Sequence record: SRR22947727_1657
Length of the DNA stretch: 44,219 bases
Strand: one strand, 5' to 3'
Numbering within the stretch: position 1 is the stretch's first letter; the number at the start of each line of letters is the position of its first letter. Below the pieces are notes generated by a model that saw only the letters and a list, made by a program, of their open reading frames with translations, searched no databases and was not told where the DNA came from. The position numbers were made by a program, and so were the translations under genes. This document shows, one piece after another, positions 17,970-28,531 of the stretch.

Positions 17970-20900
17970 TTACTTATGGTTTAAGTCAATAGTTTTAGCG
18001 CTGTCATTGTTGAAAAGCACCAATAATTTGTTGTTGTTTAAAGGCCCAATTGCCCTTGCTTCCATAAAAGGAGGCAGGGGTAAACTGTTGTTTTTTGTAA
18101 ATGTATTTCCGTTAAATTCGGATAGTATTCCGCCAGTATTTGCAGGTGTATTTCCTAATTCTGTTACAAAACCTTTATAATTCCCAACGTAATACAGTTG
18201 TATAGCGCCGGATTGCTTGTCTAAATAAAAGTCTTCAATACTGCTCATTTGGGCTTCAATGGGTAAAGGCACCCCTTGGAAAGTAGTGTTATTTAGGTAC
18301 ACCATAGAGCGCAGTTCTTTGAGGAATTTGGTTTCTATCTCAGCAGGTGGGTTGCTGTAAAGTTGCCCTATTGCTCTCACCTTAGAAAAGGAGGTGTAGG
18401 AAGTAAACTTCTTTTTGAGCATGGGCATTTGCTTGCTGAGCATATCCTTGGAAGCAAATGGGATGTGCTCCCCTTCGAAAGTGTGAAATATGGTAGGATC
18501 TAGTTGTTCATTTTTGTCAAAATCTTCTAGATATATTTCAATAGGGTTTTTTTCAGAAGCCTTAATTTTCATATTTAAACCAGTGTTTCCTGCAATTATA
18601 TCTGGTTTATTATCCCCATTTAAGTCCTCTAATAAAACAGTATTCCACAAGCCTTGTGTATTAGCCAAGCCCAATGCCTTTGTCTGATTCTCAAAATTTC
18701 TACCATCTTTGTTAATTAAAACAGTAATGGGCATCCAGTCTCCAACCAGCACCAAATCCAATAAACCGTCTTGGTTAAGATCTCCCCAAGCACTGTCAGT
18801 GATCATTCCATAGTCTTTACGGGCCAGAAGCTCAAAATTACCTTTCTGGGTGTTTCTTAAAATAACGCTAGAGGGTGAAATACCATAGGCTCCAGGCACA
18901 GACCTAAATCCTAAAAACAAGTCTGAAAAGCCGTCATTGTCAAAATCTGCCACAGCGATGCTTCCTCCATTGGCCATAGGTAAATTGGCCTTGGATCTCG
19001 TGAAATTTCCTTTTCCGTCGTTTATGTAAAGTCTGTCTACCAATTGAATATCTCCTTCAGGACTGTCATTGCCGCCACTCATTACATAGAGGTCTAAATC
19101 TCCGTCATTGTCAAAATCTATAGCGGCAGCGTCTACGTCTTCATAAAGGGCGTCTTCCGTAATGACTTTTTTAATCTCTGCAGTAAAATCACCTGATTTA
19201 TTTTGAGTATAAAAAGCACTTTCTTGGTATTTAGCACCTCCAATATATAGGTCTTTTAAACCATCTCCATTAAAATCTTCAAATACATAACAAGGCCCTT
19301 CTGTAGAGAGTTTTTCCAACATTAAAGGCTCTCTTTCGTAGTCGTAATATTTATTTTCTAGGTGGGTAAATGGAAAGTCTACAACCGCCCCCGTATTGTT
19401 TTTGTCTGTTTTGGTTGGCGCTATTCTTGAGTTTATAAACGCACTTATTTCTTGATAGGTATTGATAGAAACATTTTTGATGGTTTGTTTTCCACCAATA
19501 GGATAAATTATAGCGATGGAATCAACAGCGGTGTTTTTCCCAATTCCAAAGTGAATATTTTGGCTGGAAGCCGATGCGTAACCCCTAGTAGCACTCAGCT
19601 CTTTATACCATATTTGTTGCCCCGCAAAGAGGGTCACTTTTGCACCACTAGTGTTTGGTATATCCAGTGTTGGAACCAATTGTAGCCCAACAAAATTGTG
19701 TGTGATAGGGTCCTGAGTGTTTTCTAAGATCTCTAAAGGGCTATTGATATTGTTCACCACTAGGTCTATATCTCCATCTAAATCCAAATCTGCATAGGCA
19801 GCACCATTGGAGTAGTTGTTTTTCAGTCCAGCTGCTTCTGTATATTTTTTGAATTTTAGCCCGCCTTCATTATACAGCAGTACGTTGGCAATTTCTAATT
19901 GGGGCATTTCATCAATTAGTTTTTTTTCTAGAAGGTCTTGTTGGTCTTGGTTGTATTGGCTAAAATTTACATTGCTTAGGTAGTTAATATAATCTAAATC
20001 ATTAGGTCTTCTGTATATACCGTTGCTAATAAAAATATCTGAAAGCCCGTCGTTGTCAAAGTCTTCAATAAGCGCAGACCAACTCCAGTCTGTGGCATAA
20101 GTTTCTGTGAGTAGGGCTATTTCTTGAAAAGCCCCTTCTCCGTTGTTTAATTGAAAATTATTTCTGGAATACTGTGGCTGAAATCCAAAACCCTCTTTAA
20201 TTTGAGCCACTTTATCTGAATCTTCACCACCAGATTTTAAGAGTATAGCGGCTTGATCGGGCATCATATCTAATGTAAATACATCAATTAATGCGTCGTT
20301 ATTAAGGTCTGCAGCGTCTAATCCCATGGTAAATCTACTACTATGACTGGTCACTTCCGCACTGGCTTCTCTAAAGGTTTTGTCTCCGTTATTGAGATAG
20401 ATATAATCGTTTTCGTGAAAATCATTTCCAACGTAAATATCAATGAATCCATCTTTATTTAAATCTGCGGTAGCCAATCCCAATCCGTATCCCAATGGGC
20501 TGTTGTATATCCCTGCAGCCTGTGTGACATTCACAAAATTTAAAACACCCGTTTCTAGTGTATTTTCAAATAATAAATCTCCTGAAAGCGCATCTTTCTC
20601 TACCCTTTTCTCCGTCTTTCCATAACTTCTAGGTGTGTGTACGGTATGGTTGAGTAAGTAGAGGTCCAAGTCTCCGTCGTTGTCATAATCAAAGAAACTC
20701 GCTTGGGTACCAAATCCTGAAAAGTCAATATGTACTTCGTTTGAAATTTCTTTAAATTTAAAATCACCTTGGTTTAGGAACAGTTTGTTGTGTCCTTTAA
20801 GTGTTTTATAATTTCCTACAACAGACACATAAACATCTAATAGGCCGTCGTTATTGACATCTGCCAGGGTAACCCCATTTGACCAACTGTTTTGTGTATT

Positions 20901-21245
20901 TATGTCTGCAGTAGCTGTTTGGTCTTTAAATTTAAGCCCTCCCAAGTTTTCATAGACCCTGTCTTGAACCTGATTTCCAGTGACGAACAGGTCTTCTAAT
21001 CCATCATTATTTAAATCTCCAATGGCCACTCCTGCACCGTTGTAGAAATAGAGGTATTCTATAATATTTAAGTCTGCACTGGGCGTTAAAGTATTTTCAA
21101 AATCTACCCCACTTTGTTCTGCTGTAATGGAATTAAAATATACTGGCGAAACTTCTTTTGGAGATTCGCAACTTTGAAGCACAGCAAATAGGGCTGTGAG
21201 CAAAAAAGTGTTTTTGGTGATCTGTAATAATAAGTGTTTTTTCAT
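17970..21245 (-). CDS. FG-GAP/VCBS-repeat + ASPIC/UnbV (CRTAC1-like) lipoprotein, paralog 3
   Basis: Lipobox LQS-C. Seven DxxxDGxxD-type Ca-binding loops, then ASPIC/UnbV-like 'RGYASASSQNIHFGIG...IIYP', then six more loops (seventh degenerate). Confidence 0.9.
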   Translation of the reverse strand: MKKHLLLQITKNTFLLTALFAVLQSCESPKEVSPVYFNSITAEQSGVDFENTLTPSADLNIIEYLYFYNGAGVAIGDLNNDGLEDLFVTGNQVQDRVYENLGGLKFKDQTATADINTQNSWSNGVTLADVNNDGLLDVYVSVVGNYKTLKGHNKLFLNQGDFKFKEISNEVHIDFSGFGTQASFFDYDNDGDLDLYLLNHTVHTPRSYGKTEKRVEKDALSGDLLFENTLETGVLNFVNVTQAAGIYNSPLGYGLGLATADLNKDGFIDIYVGNDFHENDYIYLNNGDKTFREASAEVTSHSSRFTMGLDAADLNNDALIDVFTLDMMPDQAAILLKSGGEDSDKVAQIKEGFGFQPQYSRNNFQLNNGEGAFQEIALLTETYATDWSWSALIEDFDNDGLSDIFISNGIYRRPNDLDYINYLSNVNFSQYNQDQQDLLEKKLIDEMPQLEIANVLLYNEGGLKFKKYTEAAGLKNNYSNGAAYADLDLDGDIDLVVNNINSPLEILENTQDPITHNFVGLQLVPTLDIPNTSGAKVTLFAGQQIWYKELSATRGYASASSQNIHFGIGKNTAVDSIAIIYPIGGKQTIKNVSINTYQEISAFINSRIAPTKTDKNNTGAVVDFPFTHLENKYYDYEREPLMLEKLSTEGPCYVFEDFNGDGLKDLYIGGAKYQESAFYTQNKSGDFTAEIKKVITEDALYEDVDAAAIDFDNDGDLDLYVMSGGNDSPEGDIQLVDRLYINDGKGNFTRSKANLPMANGGSIAVADFDNDGFSDLFLGFRSVPGAYGISPSSVILRNTQKGNFELLARKDYGMITDSAWGDLNQDGLLDLVLVGDWMPITVLINKDGRNFENQTKALGLANTQGLWNTVLLEDLNGDNKPDIIAGNTGLNMKIKASEKNPIEIYLEDFDKNEQLDPTIFHTFEGEHIPFASKDMLSKQMPMLKKKFTSYTSFSKVRAIGQLYSNPPAEIETKFLKELRSMVYLNNTTFQGVPLPIEAQMSSIEDFYLDKQSGAIQLYYVGNYKGFVTELGNTPANTGGILSEFNGNTFTKNNSLPLPPFMEARAIGPLNNNKLLVLFNNDSAKTIDLNHK

Positions 21246-21246
21246 T

Positions 21247-24200
21247 TTAGAATTTATATCTCAAAATAGCATCACTGTTTCTAACAAATAATAGGGTGTT
21301 GTTAGTCTTTTGAATTGACCTCACTTCTCCAGTTACTTTTAACCCCTTGTTTCCTGGAGTGACCTTAAATATGGGTGTTCCTATGGTGTCATTTCCAGTA
21401 TTCTCTAAAAATGTTCCAAAGCTAGCGTCGTACCTGCCCACTTCTGGTTTTACCCTAAATAAGTTTCCCGCAAGGACTATGTCTATGTCACCATCTAAAT
21501 CAAAATCACCAGTTTCAATGGCAAATATTGGTGACATTTGAACTTGCTTTGGAAGTGGGATAGATGTAAACCCTCCATTTCCATCATTGATATAAATAGA
21601 AGTTTTTAATTCAACTGCCGTTGCTTTTGTGCTTAGGTTTAAAGCTTCTTCAGAAAAAATGGTATTTAAATCGGCATTTTTAAAGCTGTTGTAATCTGGA
21701 AACTTCTTTTTAAGTCCCTTCATTTGATCAATTAGATTGTGCCTCAAATTGTAAGGGTACACTTTACCGTCCGTTGCGGTGAAACCCATGACAGGGTCTA
21801 AGGCCCCATTTTGGTCAAAATCCTGAACAAAAAGACAAATTGGTTGTTCTTTACTTGCTTTAAATCTGGAGTTTTCTCCATGATTTCCTACGATTAAATC
21901 AGGAAAACCATCTTGATTTACATCGGCGATTTTTAAGGCACTCCACCAGCCTTTTTCCTGCTGTAATTCGCTGGCTTTTTTTGTGAAAGATCCTTGATCA
22001 TTTAAGAATATCTCTATACCCATAAACTCTCCTATTACCACTAGATCTAGGTCACCATCTGTATCTATGTCATTAAAATTCGCGTCTGTAATCATACCAA
22101 TTTCATTCAATCCTGGTGCAAGTATGGCTGTTTGATCTGCGAATATTCCAGTACCATCATTGCGTAATAAATGGCCATTTACTGGAACGCCATATGCGGC
22201 GGTAATAGACCTTTCGCCTACAAATAAGTCTGTATCTCCATCTTGATCAAAATCTCCTGTACTCACAACAGAAGTATTGAAGTAGCTACTTGCAGTGGGT
22301 AACACATTTGGAGAAGGACTAAATATTCCATCACCATTATTGAGGTATAATTGATCTGCCAATTCAGAGGAAAACTTTGAAAATTCTATGCCCCCATTCC
22401 CCAAATAAATATCTAAATCTCCGTCGCCGTCTGCATCTAATAAAGCTACAGCAGTTACTTCAGCAGCCAAATCCTCTGAAAAGTTAAATTCTTTTGAATG
22501 CTTGTACTGACCTTGTTGGTTCCCAAGCAATACCTCTGATCTAAATCCTTTACTCCCCCCAATAATGACATCCTGAATTCCGTCCTTATTAAGGTCTCCA
22601 ATAGCAGATTTAGGCCCTGGGGTACTCATCATATGATGCAACAGACGGTCTCTGTTAAAATCAATGAAATTATTTTCCTGGTGAACATAAGCGTCTACCG
22701 CATTAATTTCTGAGAAAATAATTGCGTCTGGAGCTTCAGACAAATTAGTATTGACCACTCCATCTAACATCTCCAACTGAAGCAGTTGATTGGTTTGCAC
22801 CTCATCTTTAATAGTGACCATACCATTTGGCCAAGTGACTTTTACTTGAACTGAATTGTCAGAGGGTAAACCAATATGTGGTCTTTGATCCATGCTAGAT
22901 TGAAAGCCTCTAATAGGCTGTTGTGCAACGCTATATGTATTGTCACCTTGAGACACCTCAATTAATGTTCCTACTGCAAATGTGTTCTTTCCAGTTCCTT
23001 TTAGATTAAACTGAATAAAGTTATTGTTGGTTTTGTTCTCACTGGTGTTTTTATAGACAAACAGCGGCATATTTACATTGTTAACGACCAAATCTAAATC
23101 GCCGTCATTGTCTAAATCTCCATAAGCGGCCCCGTTAGAGAACCCTTTAGTCTCCAACCCTAGAGCAGCATCTCTTTTGAATTTTAAATCACCTAAATTT
23201 TTATAAGCCTGATTTTCAATAGGATTAGAAGGTATAATATCTATTAGCCTAGCGTAGTCTACTTGATTGTTAGTCACAATGGAGTTAATGACCTCGTCAC
23301 TGGAAACGTATTGAAGGTAGTCTTGGTCTGTAAGGTCCCTGTAAATTCCGTTGGCAATAAAAAGGTCTTTTAGGCCGTCGTTGTCCATGTCAAAAAACAA
23401 TGCACCCCAACTCCAATCCGAGGCTTCTACACCTGCCAATCTGCCAATCTCACTAAATGTATTGTCTCCGTTATTTAGTTGGAGGGTGTTTCTAGTGTAT
23501 TGGTGGTAATAGCCATTTTTAACGTTGTAAGTGTATTTGTCCCAATTTTCAAAAGTGGTCACTGATTTAAGTCTTTCATAATTGGAAGGAAGCATTTCAG
23601 TAACAAAAATATCTGCTTTTTGATCGTTGTTTATATCTGCCATATCTGCCCCCATAGATGCGCCAGAAATAGAGTTTATTGAAGCGGTAAGGGTCTCTTT
23701 AAAGCTACCATCCCTATTATTGATGTATAAGTAATCTCTTTCAAAAAAATCATTAGACACGTAAATATCTTCCCAACCATCGTTGTTTACATCACCTACA
23801 GTAACGCCCAATCCAAAGCCAATTACTGAACCGTAAATACCCGCTTTCTCACTCACGTCTACAAAAATTCCGTCCTGATTTTCGAGCAGTTTGTCGCCAC
23901 CCAATACATCTCTTTTGGGTCTTTCATTTCTTCTGAGGTCAAAGCTTCCAATCGCTTGATAGGAGTTGTTTAACAGGTATACATCTAGATCTCCGTCTTT
24001 GTCGTAGTCAAAAAAGGAAGCATGGGTAGAAAAGCCTTTGTCTGCTAAGCCATAAGCGGCTGCCTCTTCTTTAAAAGTGTTGTCTTTTTGATTGATGAAT
24101 AATTCATTTTGTTTGCTGTCTCCAGAAACATCACCTGAATTACACACATAAATATCTAAATAGCCGTCTGCGTTAATGTCCACCATAGTCACTCCGGTTG

Positions 24201-24555
24201 ACCATGCTCTATTTCCGCCTATTCCAGCAGATTCCGAAATATTTTCAAATGTAAACCCCCCTTTATTTAAAAACAATTGATTGGGCTTCTGATTTGCGGT
24301 CAAGTAAACATCTGCCCAGCCGTCATTATTAATATCTCCTATGGCTACACCTCCTCCGTTAAAAAAGTTTCGGTAGGTATACACATTAAATTCATTGGAG
24401 AATTCTAAGGTGTTTTCAAAGGCCATACCAATGGAGCGATTGTCCTGAATTTCAAATAAGGTATTGGTCTTCTCTTCACAACTGCTCACCAACATCATGA
24501 CCATGCAGCACAAAGCTATCGTCAAGGGAAGTTTACTAAAAATAGCGTTTTTCAT
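21247..24555 (-). CDS. FG-GAP/VCBS-repeat + ASPIC/UnbV (CRTAC1-like) lipoprotein, paralog 2
   Basis: Lipobox VSS-C. 7+7 DxxxDGxxD-type loops flank 'RGFQSSMDQRPHIGL...VTWPNG'. Confidence 0.9.
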   Translation of the reverse strand: MKNAIFSKLPLTIALCCMVMMLVSSCEEKTNTLFEIQDNRSIGMAFENTLEFSNEFNVYTYRNFFNGGGVAIGDINNDGWADVYLTANQKPNQLFLNKGGFTFENISESAGIGGNRAWSTGVTMVDINADGYLDIYVCNSGDVSGDSKQNELFINQKDNTFKEEAAAYGLADKGFSTHASFFDYDKDGDLDVYLLNNSYQAIGSFDLRRNERPKRDVLGGDKLLENQDGIFVDVSEKAGIYGSVIGFGLGVTVGDVNNDGWEDIYVSNDFFERDYLYINNRDGSFKETLTASINSISGASMGADMADINNDQKADIFVTEMLPSNYERLKSVTTFENWDKYTYNVKNGYYHQYTRNTLQLNNGDNTFSEIGRLAGVEASDWSWGALFFDMDNDGLKDLFIANGIYRDLTDQDYLQYVSSDEVINSIVTNNQVDYARLIDIIPSNPIENQAYKNLGDLKFKRDAALGLETKGFSNGAAYGDLDNDGDLDLVVNNVNMPLFVYKNTSENKTNNNFIQFNLKGTGKNTFAVGTLIEVSQGDNTYSVAQQPIRGFQSSMDQRPHIGLPSDNSVQVKVTWPNGMVTIKDEVQTNQLLQLEMLDGVVNTNLSEAPDAIIFSEINAVDAYVHQENNFIDFNRDRLLHHMMSTPGPKSAIGDLNKDGIQDVIIGGSKGFRSEVLLGNQQGQYKHSKEFNFSEDLAAEVTAVALLDADGDGDLDIYLGNGGIEFSKFSSELADQLYLNNGDGIFSPSPNVLPTASSYFNTSVVSTGDFDQDGDTDLFVGERSITAAYGVPVNGHLLRNDGTGIFADQTAILAPGLNEIGMITDANFNDIDTDGDLDLVVIGEFMGIEIFLNDQGSFTKKASELQQEKGWWSALKIADVNQDGFPDLIVGNHGENSRFKASKEQPICLFVQDFDQNGALDPVMGFTATDGKVYPYNLRHNLIDQMKGLKKKFPDYNSFKNADLNTIFSEEALNLSTKATAVELKTSIYINDGNGGFTSIPLPKQVQMSPIFAIETGDFDLDGDIDIVLAGNLFRVKPEVGRYDASFGTFLENTGNDTIGTPIFKVTPGNKGLKVTGEVRSIQKTNNTLLFVRNSDAILRYKF

Positions 24556-24559
24556 GGGT

Positions 24560-25156
24560 TTATTTTAATGCAGGAAACTTATGTCTGAGGTCTTCTAAAG
24601 TAACCTTTACGTCTTTATCTCCTTGAGCATGAATGATTATCTGTCTGTTTCCGTCAATTTTAACATAGGTAGGCGTGTTTAGTTGTTTATTTTCTAACAA
24701 GAAAAAATCATTTCCAGGATACCATTTTTTGAGGGTATCCATAGCTACAAATAGCAATTTGTCCGATTGAAGTTTTTCTGTCCATGGAGACCATCCGTCA
24801 TAGGTAAATTCCATATCTAGCCCAACCATTTGTTTTTCCTCATTAAAAATTCCATAAAAAAGGTGGGTCATGGAAGTTTCAGAAGTCCCTTTTAGTTCGT
24901 AGGCTACAAACTGGTTTTTTGGTCCCTGTTTAATGAGTCCTTTTTTGTTTAGTTCCCAACACTTGGCAAAAAAGTCTTTTTTACTGTCTCCGAAATACAA
25001 ATTAAATTGGAGGCTGTCTATTCTCTTACCAGAGGCCATTTCTTTTTTTACGATGCGATCGTATTTAGACTGACACGAGCCTAGGCTGATTAAAAGCATT
25101 CCTAAGAGGGCAAAGGTGAAAATACTATTGAATGTTTTTGATTTTAATGCTGTCAT
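24560..25156 (-). CDS. Hypothetical lipoprotein (start uncertain; as called it overlaps the upstream gene by 32 bp)
   Basis: 198-aa ORF with hydrophobic segment and lipobox LGS-C, tightly packed in the operon (4-bp gap to the next gene). No domain recognised. Confidence 0.75.
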   Translation of the reverse strand: MTALKSKTFNSIFTFALLGMLLISLGSCQSKYDRIVKKEMASGKRIDSLQFNLYFGDSKKDFFAKCWELNKKGLIKQGPKNQFVAYELKGTSETSMTHLFYGIFNEEKQMVGLDMEFTYDGWSPWTEKLQSDKLLFVAMDTLKKWYPGNDFFLLENKQLNTPTYVKIDGNRQIIIHAQGDKDVKVTLEDLRHKFPALK

Positions 25157-28100
25157 TGTTTATACCTAAAATTATTGAATATTGGTCTTTATCTTTAAAG
25201 CTTATAATTGATCTAATGTCTCCTTTTATACCCAAAGATTCCGGTTTTTCAAAGATACCGTTCTTTTGTTGTTTTAATATCCAACCATTTGAAGATTCTA
25301 ATGGTCCAAACTGGGGTTTTATTTTAGACTGATTTCCACCTAGTATAATATCTATTTTTCCGTTGTTGTCTAAATCTTCTAAAAGAATACTACCCACATT
25401 CGAGTACTGCACTTCAGGAGCCAGTGCTTTTCTTGTGAAAGTGCTGTCACTGCCCCAGTAAATTGCGCTGCTCATTACATGAAGCTCTTTTATTAAAGCT
25501 GTTTGGTAAACGTCCGCTCCAAACAGATCGGTCATATTTGCATTGGCGTAGTCTTTGTAATAAAGGTATTTTTTCTTTAATGAGGGGATTTGCTTAAAAA
25601 GTTCATCTCGGTCTAAGATGGGATAGTCTGCCCCGTTTTCGTGATAGGTCATGATTTGTTCTGCAGTACCATTTTCATCAAAATCTTTCACAAACATTTT
25701 CATTCCTTTTTTGTAAAAGCTGTTCTCTCCAATATTTCCAATCACAAGATCTTGGTGTCCGTCTGCATTTAAGTCTGCTATCTCTAGGCATGCCCACAAA
25801 CCAGTATCTTTTAATAGTCCATAGCTTTCTTTGGCCTCATTAAATGCACCTTGAACGTTTATAAACACTTTTGGAGACATCCATTCTCCCACTACAATAA
25901 TGTCTTCTAAGCCATCCTTGTTCAAGTCAAAGTGTTTTGCCTCTGTTAGCATACCAATATTTGAAAATACCTCAGGTGCTTCCTCGGTGAAGTTTCCTGC
26001 ACCATCATTTCTTAAAATAAATCCCTGTCCATCTTTGCCATAGGTTTCCACTTGGTATCTTTCTCCTACAAATAAGTCTGTATCTCCATCATTATCAAAG
26101 TCAGCAGCTGTAAGCGCGCCTGTTGAAAATGGTCTTGAAAATAGTGTGTTGGATTGTTTGTTAAAAACACCTTTTCCGTTGTTTACATATATCCTATCAT
26201 GGAGGTTAAATGAAAATTTAGAAAACGCTTTTCCACCACTTCCCACATAGAGGTCTAAGTCTCCATCATTGTCAATATCAATGAAAATGGCCTTAGTGTC
26301 TTCACTCATGGCATCTTTCTCAAATTCAATTTTAGAACTTAATTGATACTCATCTCCATTGCTGAGCCACAATTCTGAGGCTTGGTCTTTGGCTCCACCA
26401 AAAAAGAAGTCTGGCAGCTGATCTCCATTGAGATCTGCTTTTATAATGACAGGCCCTTCATTGCTATGCATTTGCGGTAATAAACGCTCTTGGTTAAAAT
26501 CTACAAAACCGTTTTCTAAATGTTTAAATCCAAAAGGAACCTTGGTGTCCAAAGAATGGGTGTTTTGTATCTTTGATGAAACAAGCGGAATGGATTTTTT
26601 TACGGCCTTATAATCAACATGGATGTGTTGGTTTACAGGCAGTTCGGTTAAAACGGATCGTTGCTGGTCGGGCCAAAATATTTCAATACTGTCAATGCGA
26701 GCGTTTTGCCCTAAGCCAAAGTGAAGCCTATTGCTAATAGCGCTTTGAAAGCCCCTGGAAGGGAATTGTTCGAGCATACTCTTTTGCCCTTCTTGGTAAA
26801 CGATAACTTTGCTCCCTATACCAAAGGTGTTTTTTTCAAAGCCTTTTAAGCTAATTTGCACATAGTTGTTTTCTGTACTGTTGTTTTTGTAAACAAAAGC
26901 AGGCGCATTAATGTTGTTCACCACAAGGTCTAAATCTCCGTCATTATCTAAATCCCCGTAGGCACTTCCATTGCTAAAGCTGGGGGCGTCAAAACCCCAT
27001 AGGTGTCTTATGTTTTCAAATTGAAAATTTCCTTTGTTTTTGTATGCTCCATTAGGCACAGCAGCAGAAGGCATCACATCTATAAGTTTACTCAATACGT
27101 CATTGTCCTCTTCTATGAGTTGGCGGACCTTTTCATCATTGGCCATAAAGGTTAAGTAATCCCTGTCTAGCAGGTCTTTATGAATACCATTACTAATGTA
27201 TAGGTCTTTTAAGCCGTCGTTGTCCATGTCAAAGAACAGGGCAGCCCAACTCCATTCCGAACCGTCCACTCCAGCAATTCTCGAAATTTCAGCAAATGTG
27301 TTTGTCCCCATATTTCTTTGGAGTACATTCCTTGGAAATTGATTGCCGTAGCCTTTGCTTTTTGCCAATTGGTGTTTGTCCCAACTTTCATAAGAGGCTT
27401 TTAGTTTTTTTCTTGACAACTGCTCTGGTAACATTTCTGTGACCATCAGATCTGTTTGAAGGTCATTGTCAATGTCTGCGGCATCGGCTCCCATGGAGCC
27501 CATAGAGGTAGCGTTAAAGTAGCTATCTCCCATTTCATCAAAACCGCCATTTTGATTGTTGATGTACAGGTAATCTTTTTCAAAAAAGTCATTTGAGATA
27601 AAAAGGTCTGGCCATAAATCGTTGTTGAAATCTGATAGGGTAATGCCCAGTCCAAAGCCAATTTTACTGGAATATATACCAGCCTCTTCAGATACATTTA
27701 CAAAATGCCCATTCCTGTTTTCTAAGAGCTTGTTCCCTTCCATGTCTGGAATATTTCTTTGATTTTCTATTAAATCATAGGCACCTACAGAGCGCATAGA
27801 ATTGTTGAGTAGGTAACAGTCAAGGTCTCCGTCTAGGTCATAGTCAAAAAAAGCAGCCTGTACAGATAGTCCAGTAATATCCAAGCCGTATTCTGCCGAA
27901 GCTTCTTTAAATGTATTGTTTTTTTGATTGATAAATAGTTCATTATGCCTGTTTTCTCCGCCTGGCATGCCTGATTTACACACATAGAGGTCTAGCCAAC
28001 CATCTTGATTTATGTCTACAAATGTAGCTCCAGAAGACCATATATTTTTACAAGCGACTCCTGCGGTTTCTGCAATTTCCTCAAATTTAAAATCCCCACG

Positions 28101-28379
28101 GTTTAAATACAATGCATTGTTCACCAAGTTTCCTGTGAAGTAAATATCTATTAATCCGTCGTTATTAATATCTCCTAAAGCCACTCCAGCACCGTTGTAG
28201 AAGTTCCTATATGTATAAGGATTAAATGCCTCGGTATAACTTAATTCATTGTTAAACGCCACACCAGTTGTACTGGGTTTGATGAGTTCAAATCGTGAAC
28301 TAGTATCTTTACAGCTCAAAATAAAGAGTGTGAACAGACCTAGCAAAACAACCTTAGCTATATGGCTTGTTTTTGGCAT
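25125..28379 (-). CDS. FG-GAP/VCBS-repeat + ASPIC/UnbV (CRTAC1-like) lipoprotein, paralog 1
   Basis: Lipobox ILS-C. 7+7 DxxxDGxxD-type loops flank 'RGFQSAISNRLHFGLG...IFWPD'. Confidence 0.9.
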   Translation of the reverse strand: MPKTSHIAKVVLLGLFTLFILSCKDTSSRFELIKPSTTGVAFNNELSYTEAFNPYTYRNFYNGAGVALGDINNDGLIDIYFTGNLVNNALYLNRGDFKFEEIAETAGVACKNIWSSGATFVDINQDGWLDLYVCKSGMPGGENRHNELFINQKNNTFKEASAEYGLDITGLSVQAAFFDYDLDGDLDCYLLNNSMRSVGAYDLIENQRNIPDMEGNKLLENRNGHFVNVSEEAGIYSSKIGFGLGITLSDFNNDLWPDLFISNDFFEKDYLYINNQNGGFDEMGDSYFNATSMGSMGADAADIDNDLQTDLMVTEMLPEQLSRKKLKASYESWDKHQLAKSKGYGNQFPRNVLQRNMGTNTFAEISRIAGVDGSEWSWAALFFDMDNDGLKDLYISNGIHKDLLDRDYLTFMANDEKVRQLIEEDNDVLSKLIDVMPSAAVPNGAYKNKGNFQFENIRHLWGFDAPSFSNGSAYGDLDNDGDLDLVVNNINAPAFVYKNNSTENNYVQISLKGFEKNTFGIGSKVIVYQEGQKSMLEQFPSRGFQSAISNRLHFGLGQNARIDSIEIFWPDQQRSVLTELPVNQHIHVDYKAVKKSIPLVSSKIQNTHSLDTKVPFGFKHLENGFVDFNQERLLPQMHSNEGPVIIKADLNGDQLPDFFFGGAKDQASELWLSNGDEYQLSSKIEFEKDAMSEDTKAIFIDIDNDGDLDLYVGSGGKAFSKFSFNLHDRIYVNNGKGVFNKQSNTLFSRPFSTGALTAADFDNDGDTDLFVGERYQVETYGKDGQGFILRNDGAGNFTEEAPEVFSNIGMLTEAKHFDLNKDGLEDIIVVGEWMSPKVFINVQGAFNEAKESYGLLKDTGLWACLEIADLNADGHQDLVIGNIGENSFYKKGMKMFVKDFDENGTAEQIMTYHENGADYPILDRDELFKQIPSLKKKYLYYKDYANANMTDLFGADVYQTALIKELHVMSSAIYWGSDSTFTRKALAPEVQYSNVGSILLEDLDNNGKIDIILGGNQSKIKPQFGPLESSNGWILKQQKNGIFEKPESLGIKGDIRSIISFKDKDQYSIILGINNDSIKIKNIQ

Positions 28380-28499
28380 GAATTGTATTGTTAATTAAGT
28401 GGTTAAGGGAGGTTGGTTTGAGGGGCAATATACCTAAAATTCTTCTTTATTTCAAGCGGCTAGCCTCCTTAATTTCAGGACTCTTTTTAAAAAATGTTC

Positions 28500-28531
28500 A
28501 AAAAAAAAGCGGCCCTAATGGGCCGCCTTTT
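28500..28531 (-). terminator. Rho-independent terminator after susD
   Basis: Stem GCGGCCC-TAAT-GGGCCGC (28509-28526). A9 run on + gives a U-tract on the minus strand, 24 nt after the susD stop. Confidence 0.85.

Noticed and set aside
23362-27240. Near-identical ~35-nt segments (aggtctttta.gccgtcgttgtccatgtcaaa) at about 23362 and 27202, as a possible repeat element or CRISPR
   Set aside because: Both encode the conserved FFDMDNDGLKDL loop of paralogous proteins. There is no regular repeat-spacer structure.
17970-28379. Enediyne or other biosynthetic gene cluster suggested by UnbV domains plus a halogenating enzyme
   Set aside because: No PKS, NRPS or tailoring genes in the window. The proteins are lipoproteins linked to an importer.
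24560-28379. Possible frameshift splitting one gene at the 25125-25156 overlap
   Set aside because: The upstream paralog is full length compared with the other two, and the downstream ORF has its own lipoprotein signal.
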